64,000 nt of DNA from an uncultured delta proteobacterium (GTDB lineage Bacteria; Myxococcota; UBA727; VGSZ01): the NCBI GenBank assembly GCA_963775425.1, contig CAVZJB010000004.1, positions 604,677 to 668,676 of the forward strand, read 5' to 3'. Position 1 is the first letter of the stretch, and each line of letters opens with the position of its first letter. Shown here in pieces: positions 19,180-27,226 of this stretch. The notes beneath the pieces are model-generated. The model made no database searches. It saw nothing but the letters and a program-made list of their open reading frames with translations, and was not told where the DNA came from. A program made the position numbers and the translations under genes.

Positions 19180-21765
19180 ATGGCGGCGCGCCCCTGGACC
19201 CTCGGCATCGACCTCGGGACCACCAACTCGACGGCGGTCGTGTTCGACGGCGAGACCCTCGAGCCCGTGCGCACCTCGGCCGGCTCCTCGCTCACGCCCT
19301 CGGTGGTTCGCATCACGGCCCAGGGCACCGTCGTCGTCGGGGAGCGCGCCAGGCGCTTCCTCGAGCGCGACCCCGACAACACCCACGGCGGCTTCAAGCG
19401 CCTGCTCGGCACCTCGACCACCATCGCGTTCCCCGCGTCGGGGCAGACCCGCCGCCCCGCGGACCTCTCGGCCGAGGTGCTCCGCGCGCTGCTCGCGGAC
19501 CTCGCCGCCAACGGCCGCCCGGCGCCGACGCGCGCCGTCGTCACCGTGCCGGCCCTGTTCGAGCTGCCGCAGACCGAGGACACCGCGCGCGCGGCAAAGG
19601 CCGCCGGGCTCAAGGACGTCGAGATGCTGCAGGAGCCCGTGGCCTCCGCGCTCGCCGGCGGCTTTCGCACCGACGGTGAGGGCTGCTGGCTCGTCTACGA
19701 CCTCGGCGGCGGCACCTTCGACGCCAGCCTCGTCGTCGGCGAAGAGGGCATGCTCTCGGTCGTCGGCCACGACGGCGACAACTACCTCGGCGGCCGCGAC
19801 TTCGACGCGCTGATGGCCGCGCTCATCGCCGAGCGCATGGCCGACAAGACCGGCGTGCGCATCGAGCCGAAGGACCCGGCGCACCAGGCCGCCTGGCGCG
19901 CCCTGCTCGCGCTCGCCGAGGACGCCAAGATCGAGCTGTCGCGCTCCACGCGCGCGGCGGTCACCAGCGACGAGCCCCTGTCCGTGAACGGCAAGGACGT
20001 CGAGGTCGACGTCGTCATCGAGCGCGGCGAGCTCGAGGAGCGCGTGGAGCCGCTCATCGAGCGCTCCATCGAGGTCTGCCACCGCCTCCTCGACGCGCAC
20101 GGTCGTGAGTCCCTCGACCGCATCGTGCTCGTCGGCGGGCCCACCGCCATGCCCCGCGTGCGCACGCGCGTCGCGGAGGCGCTCGGCCCGCTCGCCGCCG
20201 AGTCGCTCGACCCCATGACCCTCGTGGCCCAGGGCGCGGCGCTGTTCGCGGCGCAGCGCGGCCTGTGGTGCTCCTCGACGGCGCCCGGCGCGGGCGACGT
20301 CGACGGCGCCGGCGCAGGGCGGCCCTCCCACCAGCGGGACGACGGCGAACGGGCCGACGGCGAACGGGCCGACGGCGAACGGGACGACGCTGAACGGGGC
20401 GACGGCGAACGGGGGGGCGCGGCCAAGGCGCTCCACCTGCGGGCGCCGCCGGTGTCCACGGACCTCCTGCCCTTCGTCGTCGGCTCCGTCGTCGATCCCA
20501 AGAAGGGCGCTCGCGTGTCGCGCATCCGCCTCGTACGCGACACGAGCACGAAGACCGCCGTCGCGGTGCCGCCGTGGCAGAGCGCGTGGGTCGACGTCGA
20601 CGAAGACGGCGGCTTCGCCGTCGGCGCCGAGCTCCTGCCCCGGCGCGGCAACACGTTCATCATCGAGGCCGTCGACGACAGCGGCGCGGCGGTGGCGGTC
20701 GAGCCCTCCACCGTGTCCATCCTGCAAGGCGTCACCATCGGCAATCCGCCGGTCTCGCGCAGCGTCGGCGTCGCCATGGCCAGCGGCGAGGTGCACATCT
20801 ACCTCGAAAAGGGGCTGCCCCTCCCCGCGCGGCGCACCTTCGTGCATCACACCGTCGAGACCATCGTCCCCGGCGCGCCGGGCGCCGGGGTGCGCATCCC
20901 CCTCGTGCAGGGCGAGTACGGCGAGGCGCGCTTCTGCCGCCTCATCGGCGCGCTCGAGATCCACGGCGAGGACGTCGACCGCATGCTGCCCGCGGGCAGC
21001 GCCGTCGAGGTCACGCTCGAGCTCGATCGCGGCGGGCGCATGACCGCGCGCGCCGTGGTGCCGTCGCTCGAGCGCACCTTCGAGGAGATCGCCACGCTCG
21101 TCGTCCCCGAGGCCAGCGTCGACGTGCTCCAGCGCGAGGCCGCGCGCCTGCTCGATCGGCTCGGGCTCCTGCGCGCGCAGGCCGGCGACGACGAGATCGC
21201 GCTGACGCAGCGCCTCGCCGGAGAGCTCATCGAGCTCGAGCTGCTCATCGAGCGCGCCGCCGGCGGCGACGTCGAGGCGGCACAGCGCGCGCGGCGCGCG
21301 GCCATCGATCTCGAGGCGCAGGTGGCCGAGCTCGAGGCGCGCAAGAACTGGCCGGCGCTCGTGCAGGACGCGTGGGACGACGCCACGTGGGCCTCCATGT
21401 GGATCGCGCGGTACGGCAGCGACGTCGAGAAGCGCATGCTGCAGACGTCGCTCGACGGGCTCGAGAAGGCGCGGAAGAACCGCTCCGTGCGCGACCTCGA
21501 GCGGCAGCGCCGCTCGCTCAGGCGGCTCGGCAACGCCGCGTACCTGCGCCACGACAGCGCGTACATCGAGATCTTCGAGAGCTACGCGAGCCGCGTCCAC
21601 GAGGCCACCAACCTCCAGGAGGCCAACAAGCTCGTCGAGAAGGGCCGCAAGCTCGCCGACGCCGGCGACAACGCCAAGCTCATCCCCATCGTGGAGCGCC
21701 TCCACCAGCTCCTGCCCTTTCGAACCACCACGCGGCGCGACAGCCACGCGTCCGGCGTGCGGTGA
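19180..21765 (+). CDS. Atypical Hsp70-family protein (~861 aa)
   Basis: GIDLGTTNS, TPSVV, VTVPA, EPVASA, VYDLGGGTFD, LGGRDFD, AEDAKIELS, VLVGG. Extra ~130-aa region before the SBD-like part; helical C-terminus. ATG 19180 with GGAG. Confidence 0.92.
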   Translation: MAARPWTLGIDLGTTNSTAVVFDGETLEPVRTSAGSSLTPSVVRITAQGTVVVGERARRFLERDPDNTHGGFKRLLGTSTTIAFPASGQTRRPADLSAEVLRALLADLAANGRPAPTRAVVTVPALFELPQTEDTARAAKAAGLKDVEMLQEPVASALAGGFRTDGEGCWLVYDLGGGTFDASLVVGEEGMLSVVGHDGDNYLGGRDFDALMAALIAERMADKTGVRIEPKDPAHQAAWRALLALAEDAKIELSRSTRAAVTSDEPLSVNGKDVEVDVVIERGELEERVEPLIERSIEVCHRLLDAHGRESLDRIVLVGGPTAMPRVRTRVAEALGPLAAESLDPMTLVAQGAALFAAQRGLWCSSTAPGAGDVDGAGAGRPSHQRDDGERADGERADGERDDAERGDGERGGAAKALHLRAPPVSTDLLPFVVGSVVDPKKGARVSRIRLVRDTSTKTAVAVPPWQSAWVDVDEDGGFAVGAELLPRRGNTFIIEAVDDSGAAVAVEPSTVSILQGVTIGNPPVSRSVGVAMASGEVHIYLEKGLPLPARRTFVHHTVETIVPGAPGAGVRIPLVQGEYGEARFCRLIGALEIHGEDVDRMLPAGSAVEVTLELDRGGRMTARAVVPSLERTFEEIATLVVPEASVDVLQREAARLLDRLGLLRAQAGDDEIALTQRLAGELIELELLIERAAGGDVEAAQRARRAAIDLEAQVAELEARKNWPALVQDAWDDATWASMWIARYGSDVEKRMLQTSLDGLEKARKNRSVRDLERQRRSLRRLGNAAYLRHDSAYIEIFESYASRVHEATNLQEANKLVEKGRKLADAGDNAKLIPIVERLHQLLPFRTTTRRDSHASGVR
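20341..20415 (+). repeat. 5 x 15-bp in-frame tandem repeat (DGERx) in the Hsp70 linker
   Basis: gacggcgaacgggcc units seen directly. Confidence 0.9.
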
Positions 21766-21819
21766 CATCATGACGACGCTTGCCGGCGCGCCGCGCGGGT
21801 GCGCAACCGCGAGGGCCCC

Positions 21820-22239
21820 ATGATCGAGCGCGCTCGCTCCCTCCGGACGCCGATCGACCTCGAGCGGAACCCGTTTTTCGTGCTCGAGCTCGACGCCGGC
21901 GCCCGCGCCGTCGACGTCGATCGCCAGGGCAAGCGCCTGCTCGCGGAGCTCGAGCTCGGCCGCGCGAGCGCGGCGGCGTTCCCCTCACCGTTCGGCCGCC
22001 AGAAGCGCGACGAGGCCGCCGTCCGCGCCGCCATGGCGTCCCTGCGCGATCCACGCCTGCGCGCGCTGTACGCGCTGTTCGTCCCGCCGCGCGATCGGTG
22101 GAGCGACGCCGACGTCGACCCCGCGCCCGCCGCCGCGCCCCACGGCTACCCCGAGCTGCACGACGCCGTCCCCGCGCGCCGCTCTTGGCTCCGCGCGCTC
22201 CTGCGCGCGCCCGGCGAGCGTGACGGGGAGCTGCCGTGA
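21820..22239 (+). CDS. Small J-domain-like protein lacking HPD
   Basis: NPFFVLEL (J helix I-like) and SLRDPRLRALY (J helix III/IV-like); follows the Hsp70 gene. Confidence 0.6.
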   Translation: MIERARSLRTPIDLERNPFFVLELDAGARAVDVDRQGKRLLAELELGRASAAAFPSPFGRQKRDEAAVRAAMASLRDPRLRALYALFVPPRDRWSDADVDPAPAAAPHGYPELHDAVPARRSWLRALLRAPGERDGELP

Positions 22240-23810
22240 TCCCCATCTGGCCCATCCTGTTCGTCGCGTTGCGCGCCGCGCGCGCCGGCGGCCTCGCCAA
22301 GCCGGCGCGCGTCACCGTCGGCAGCGAGCGCATCATCGCCGTCGCCATCTGGGCCACCGTGTGGCCCCTCGTCGTGAGCTTCCTCGGCGTCCTGTGGGCG
22401 AGCGAAGGGCTGCTCCTGCGCCTGCTCACGGTGGTGGCGGCGGCGGCCGTCTCTCTCCTCGCCTTCCCCTGGCCGTGGGCGCGCTTCGTCTTCATCCCGC
22501 TCGGCCGCGTCAAGGCGGCGGCGCGCGTCACGCGCCTCAGCCTGTGGGCGTGGGGCGGCGATCGCGAGGGCGGCGCCGTCGTCGCCGGCGCCCTCGCCGT
22601 CGCCCGAAGGCCGGCGTCGGACGCCGCGCGCAGGGAAGCGCTCGCGTGGCTCGACGCGCGCGTCACCCGCGCGAAGGTCGCGCACGGCGCGCTGCTCCTC
22701 GGGCAGAGCCTGCTCGCGCGGCTGCGCGCCGATCACGCGCGCGCCGATCGGCTGCTCGCGGCGGTGGCGTTCCTGCCCGGCGAGATCGTCCCGGTGCCCG
22801 CGCGCGCGCTCGCCGGCGAGGCGTTCGTCGGCGACGCGCTCGCCCGCGGCGACCTGCGCCGGGCGGCGCGCGCCCACGCGAGCGGCTCCGTGCACGCCGC
22901 GCTGCTCGCAGCCTGCGCACGCGCCTTGACCGCGCCGCCGCCGCCGCCGCCCGCGGCGTCGCTCGGCGGACGCATCCGCGGCGTGGCGCAGCGTGCCCGC
23001 CGTGCCCGCCGCCGGGGCCGCATCGTGTGGCTCGCGTTGCGCGCGCGCCCGCGCTCCGCGTGGACCCGCCTCGTCGACGACGCGCTGGCCGCTTTGCGCG
23101 TCTCGCCCGGCGAGGCCGCCGCCCGCGCCCCGGTCGTGCCGCGCGCGCGCACGAGCGACCCTGTCGGCGCGGCGCTGGACGCCGACGCCGACGCCGGCCT
23201 CGACGCCACCGTCCAGGCGCGCGTCGACACCGCCGGGCTCACGCCGCCGCAGGCAGCCATGCTCTGGGCGGCGCACGCGCGCCGCCGCGGCGTCGCGCTC
23301 GACGACGACGAGCTCGCCGCCCTGGGCGAAGCCCTCGACGACGCCGCGTTCTCACTCACGCACGAGGCCGACACCGACGTCGCGCTCGTCGACGCCGCCA
23401 CCGACGCCATGGTCGACGTCGTGCGCGCCGTCGCGTGGCCGCCGGTGCGCAAAGCCACCGTCTCCTCCACGCTCGCGCGCCTCGATGACGACAGCGGCGC
23501 CCTCGACGCCCTCTACGCGGTCTGCGAGCGCCTGCCGCGCAGCGAGCCGCTGCCGCCGGCGGCGGAGCTCGAGGAGTGGGCGCTTCTGCGCCTCCTGTAC
23601 GAGGACGCGCTCGCGGACGCCGGCGCCGACGACGCCATGGCCCCTTGGGAGGCCCTCCGCGATCCCGTGTGGAACCACGGCGCGCGGATCTTCAACGCCG
23701 GGCAGAAGGGCGTCGGCCGCGCCATGTTCCGCTTCCTCCTCGACGAGGCCGCGCGCCGCGGCGACGACAACGCCGTCAAGGGCATGAAGAAGAACCTGCG
23801 CGCGGCCTGA
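22236..23810 (+). CDS. Hypothetical membrane-anchored helical protein
   Basis: GTGA overlap with the J-like gene; N-terminal TM pair; Ala/Leu/Arg-rich helical remainder. Confidence 0.7.
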   Translation: MIPIWPILFVALRAARAGGLAKPARVTVGSERIIAVAIWATVWPLVVSFLGVLWASEGLLLRLLTVVAAAAVSLLAFPWPWARFVFIPLGRVKAAARVTRLSLWAWGGDREGGAVVAGALAVARRPASDAARREALAWLDARVTRAKVAHGALLLGQSLLARLRADHARADRLLAAVAFLPGEIVPVPARALAGEAFVGDALARGDLRRAARAHASGSVHAALLAACARALTAPPPPPPAASLGGRIRGVAQRARRARRRGRIVWLALRARPRSAWTRLVDDALAALRVSPGEAAARAPVVPRARTSDPVGAALDADADAGLDATVQARVDTAGLTPPQAAMLWAAHARRRGVALDDDELAALGEALDDAAFSLTHEADTDVALVDAATDAMVDVVRAVAWPPVRKATVSSTLARLDDDSGALDALYAVCERLPRSEPLPPAAELEEWALLRLLYEDALADAGADDAMAPWEALRDPVWNHGARIFNAGQKGVGRAMFRFLLDEAARRGDDNAVKGMKKNLRAA

Positions 23811-23813
23811 GCG

Positions 23814-24257
23814 CTACGTCGGCACCCGCGGCGGCAGGTGCAGCGCGAGCGGCCGGCGCGTCGGGGCGGCGGCGCCCAGGGTGGCCACGAGCGCGCTCGG
23901 GACCGCGCCGGCGACGGCCGTTGCCACGTGCGCCGCGGCCGTCTTGCCGATGAGCACGCTCGCGGCCCCCGCCTGCTGCGCCGCGGCGAACGTCTCGATG
24001 TCGCCGTCGTCGGCGAGCACGATCAGGGGCGCCGTCGACTCTTCGCGCAGCCATTCGAGCGGCGCGCGGCCGAAGGCGCGGCGGCGCGCGTCCAGGACAA
24101 TCGCCGCCGGGGGGCGTTGCCCTCGCGCGGCGAGCCGCCACACGAGGGCGAGGTTCGTCGGCGCGCGCGTCACCGCGAAGCCGGCGCGCGTGAGAGAGTG
24201 CGCGACGGTCTCGGTGAGGGCCGCGTCACCGCTCGCGACGACGATGGTGTCGTTCAT
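23814..24257 (-). CDS. Degenerate stand-alone receiver-domain protein
   Basis: IVVASGD, AIVLD, PLIVLA, AGAASVLIGK follow REC spacing; the acidic pocket is degenerate. Confidence 0.6.
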   Translation of the reverse strand: MNDTIVVASGDAALTETVAHSLTRAGFAVTRAPTNLALVWRLAARGQRPPAAIVLDARRRAFGRAPLEWLREESTAPLIVLADDGDIETFAAAQQAGAASVLIGKTAAAHVATAVAGAVPSALVATLGAAAPTRRPLALHLPPRVPT

Positions 24258-24430
24258 CCCGGGTCCTCGCGCTCGGATGTGGGCGCATCCTCCGCCGGCG
24301 CCGGCCGGCCCTCCGCGCTCGCGGAGGCGCGCTTGGCGCGCAGCCGCTGCCGCCGCGCGGCGACCACCGCGCGCAGGTCGAAGAAGGCCCGCCGCCGCCG
24401 CCCTTCGTTTCCTTCACTCACCTGGGTCAT
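24254..24430 (-). CDS. Small basic hypothetical protein (58 aa)
   Basis: GAGGAG RBS; ATGA overlap with the receiver gene. Confidence 0.45.
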   Translation of the reverse strand: MTQVSEGNEGRRRRAFFDLRAVVAARRQRLRAKRASASAEGRPAPAEDAPTSEREDPG

Positions 24431-24441
24431 GGCCGCTCTCC

Positions 24442-24765
24442 TCACACGAACGCGGGGGCGTCGTGCCTCCGTGCGCGTCGCCGCCGCACGCGTCGATCAT
24501 GGGATCGTGTCACTTGCGACACGAGGCGTTCGAAGACCGTGTCGACGGCGTGGACCATGTCGTCGGAGCCGGCGCGCGCCACGAAGCGGCAGCCTGCCAC
24601 CGTCCCGATGGCTTCCACGTCGGCGAAGCCGGCGTCGTGACCGCACACCACCCGCATGCGGCAATCCGGGTCGAGCTTCTCCGCGACCGCGCGGGCGCGT
24701 CGCTCGATGTGCTCGAAGACCGCCGGGCTCGCGTCCGCGTGGCGAAACGAGACGTTGAGATCCAT
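24442..24765 (-). CDS. Ribosome hibernation factor HPF/RaiA-like protein
   Basis: MDLNVSFRHADASPAVFEHIE...SDDMVHAVDTVFERL; GAGGAGG RBS. Confidence 0.75.
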   Translation of the reverse strand: MDLNVSFRHADASPAVFEHIERRARAVAEKLDPDCRMRVVCGHDAGFADVEAIGTVAGCRFVARAGSDDMVHAVDTVFERLVSQVTRSHDRRVRRRRARRHDAPAFV

Positions 24766-24901
24766 TCGTCCTCCTCGGCGCGCCGACTGGCGCCACGTCG
24801 TTTCAATCACGTGGTACGCACCGGGATTCCGGGGTCGACCCACGGCCACGCGTGCGGAGATCCGCCTCCCGTGCGCGATGGCGCAGCCGGGCATGAGCCT
24901 G

Positions 24902-27223
24902 TCAGCGCTCGAGCTCCACCAGCGCCAGCGGCGCGCCGTCGACGTCGACGCCCGCGGGGTGGCGCGAGACCTCGCGGTGACCGCGCAGGGGCGCGGGCAC
25001 GGGATCGCGCGGCGCGCGCAGGAGCCAGATGTTGCCGCTGCAGGGGAGGCCGCGCCGGGCCTCGTGGGCGAGGTCGGTGTCGACGACGAAGAGGTTGGCG
25101 GCGGAGCGGAGCCCGGCGAGCGCGAGCGCGTAGCGATCGGGCACGACGACGAGCGTCCCCGGGGCGAAGCGGCCGACGTCGTTGACGGCGAGGTCGGCGA
25201 GCGCGCCGCGGAGGTCGTCGTGGCTGACCGGCGCGCAGCCGCCGGCGAGCGCGAGGGGCCAGGCGGCGCGGGCGCGGTCGACGGCGACGAGCGCGTGCGG
25301 ATCGCCGTCGCCGCCGCCGGCGAGCACGGGGCTCCCCTCCTCGGGGCGCCAGTTGTCGAGCATGCGGCGGGCCTCGAGCGCGGCGCGCGCGCCGTCGTCG
25401 GCGACGAGGTGGGGGCCGGCGACGACGAGGACGGCGACGGCGGCGGCCGACGCGGCGACGGCGGCCGCGAGCGTGCGCCCGTCGACGGCCACGGCGGCGA
25501 CGAGCGGCGCGAAGAGGGCGACGACCAGGAGCGCCGCCGAGGCCGCCGGGGGGACGCCGAGCCAGAGGGGCACGGAGTCGGGCGCGAAGCCGAGGCCGAC
25601 GACGGGCAGCATCATCTCGTACACGGGGTTTCGAAACACCGTCGACAAGTGCGGGAAGAACATGCCCGCGATCCCGCTGTGCAACAGGCCCGCAGCGACG
25701 AGCGCGGCGAGCGCGGTCCGCAGCGCCAGGCGACGCAGCCGGCTCCGGCCCCGCGTCCCACGACGACGCCGCGACGACAGCGCGTCGAAGCCGAGCGCCG
25801 CCGGCACCGCCAGGAGCCCGACAACCTCGGTGATGTACCGCGGGCCCACGCTCCAGCCGCCGCGCCACCCGCGAAACCCCGCGATGAACACGAGCATGAG
25901 CGCGACGCCCGCGAGCGCCGCCCACGCGACCCCCTCGAAGGACGCGCCCGCGTCCCCGTCGACGTCGCCGTCCCCCTCGACGGGGACGGCGAGCCGGGAC
26001 AACGGCTTGCCCGGCGCGGCCTCGGCGGCGCGGCGCTCGGGCTTGCCCTGCACGCCCGCGGGGGACGCCTCGTCGAGCCGCGCGCGGTTCTCCCGCGGGC
26101 TGCTCTTGTTCGCGCGCGCCCCGCGCTCGCGCACCGCCGCGGCGACGCGCGAGACCCGCCGCAGGGAGCGCGCCGCGAGCCACGCCGTCACGGCGAGCCC
26201 GGCGACGAGGAGCGGTGAGTAGAAGAAGAGCCCGACCTCGGGGGAAAACAGCACATCGCCGAGCACGCCGATGTGCGGCCGGCCGATGCCGAAGAAGGTG
26301 CCGGCGACGACGCCCTGGTAGCTCTTGTTCTCGAGGAAGCTGTACCCGGTGCGCCACGGCGCCCCGAACATCGCCGTGTGGGCCGCAGCGACGACGACGA
26401 GCACCGGCGCCGCGCCTGCACACAGCGCCGCGAGACGGCGCGCGCCCTCGCGCGAGCCTCGGCCGCGCGCGGCGACGGCGGGGCCGAAGACGGCGAGCGC
26501 GGCCACGGGCAGGCACGCGAGCGCCGCGGGGTATTCGGCGCCGGCGGCGCAGGCGAGCGCGAGGCCGGCGAGCGCGGTGGCGCGCAGCCCCGGCGACGTC
26601 GTCGGGCCCGAGCGCGCCCCGCTGCCCGAAGGATCACGGAGCGGGGCGACGAGCACCAAGGCCGCCGCGGGAGCGAGCGCCGCGAGCGCGTGCCCCGACA
26701 GCACGTTCAACGACGCGAGGACGCCGCTGCCGAGCACCGTGCCGACGACGACGACGTCGGCTATCACCGCGTCCCGCACGCGCCTGCGCAGGCCGCGCCA
26801 CAGGAGGAACGCGAACAGCATGGACGGCAACGCGTCGCCGAAGCCGCGGGCGAGCCGCGTGAGCGCCGGCCGCGAGAGGTCACCGGTGAACGGGTGCGCC
26901 GCGACATACGCGAGCGCGCCGAGGAGCGAGACCAGCGGCGCCTTGGACGCGTAGAGCTTCCCGTCGCGCGTGGATTTGTCGTCGATGTAGCCCCACTGCT
27001 TGACGGCGTCGTCGATGGCGAAGGTGTGATCCTCGACGAGCGCCTTCACGGTGAACACGCGCACGCCTTCGTTCGGGTTGTTGAGCGGCAGGTGCAGCGG
27101 AGACGCGGCGAAGACCGCTGTGGCCGTCAGCGCGACGACGACGAGCGCGCGCGTGCGACTCGACGCGGCCTCTCCCGCCGGTCGCCGGCCCGTTCCCGCC
27201 GGTCGGCGCTTGGGCGCGGGCAC
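24902..27223 (-). CDS. Polytopic membrane protein, probable GT-C fold
   Basis: NPNE..R, YASKAP, GLFFYSP, W.GGWSVGPRYI motifs and many TMs. Confidence 0.7.
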   Translation of the reverse strand: MPAPKRRPAGTGRRPAGEAASSRTRALVVVALTATAVFAASPLHLPLNNPNEGVRVFTVKALVEDHTFAIDDAVKQWGYIDDKSTRDGKLYASKAPLVSLLGALAYVAAHPFTGDLSRPALTRLARGFGDALPSMLFAFLLWRGLRRRVRDAVIADVVVVGTVLGSGVLASLNVLSGHALAALAPAAALVLVAPLRDPSGSGARSGPTTSPGLRATALAGLALACAAGAEYPAALACLPVAALAVFGPAVAARGRGSREGARRLAALCAGAAPVLVVVAAAHTAMFGAPWRTGYSFLENKSYQGVVAGTFFGIGRPHIGVLGDVLFSPEVGLFFYSPLLVAGLAVTAWLAARSLRRVSRVAAAVRERGARANKSSPRENRARLDEASPAGVQGKPERRAAEAAPGKPLSRLAVPVEGDGDVDGDAGASFEGVAWAALAGVALMLVFIAGFRGWRGGWSVGPRYITEVVGLLAVPAALGFDALSSRRRRGTRGRSRLRRLALRTALAALVAAGLLHSGIAGMFFPHLSTVFRNPVYEMMLPVVGLGFAPDSVPLWLGVPPAASAALLVVALFAPLVAAVAVDGRTLAAAVAASAAAVAVLVVAGPHLVADDGARAALEARRMLDNWRPEEGSPVLAGGGDGDPHALVAVDRARAAWPLALAGGCAPVSHDDLRGALADLAVNDVGRFAPGTLVVVPDRYALALAGLRSAANLFVVDTDLAHEARRGLPCSGNIWLLRAPRDPVPAPLRGHREVSRHPAGVDVDGAPLALVELER

Positions 27224-27226
27224 GGC

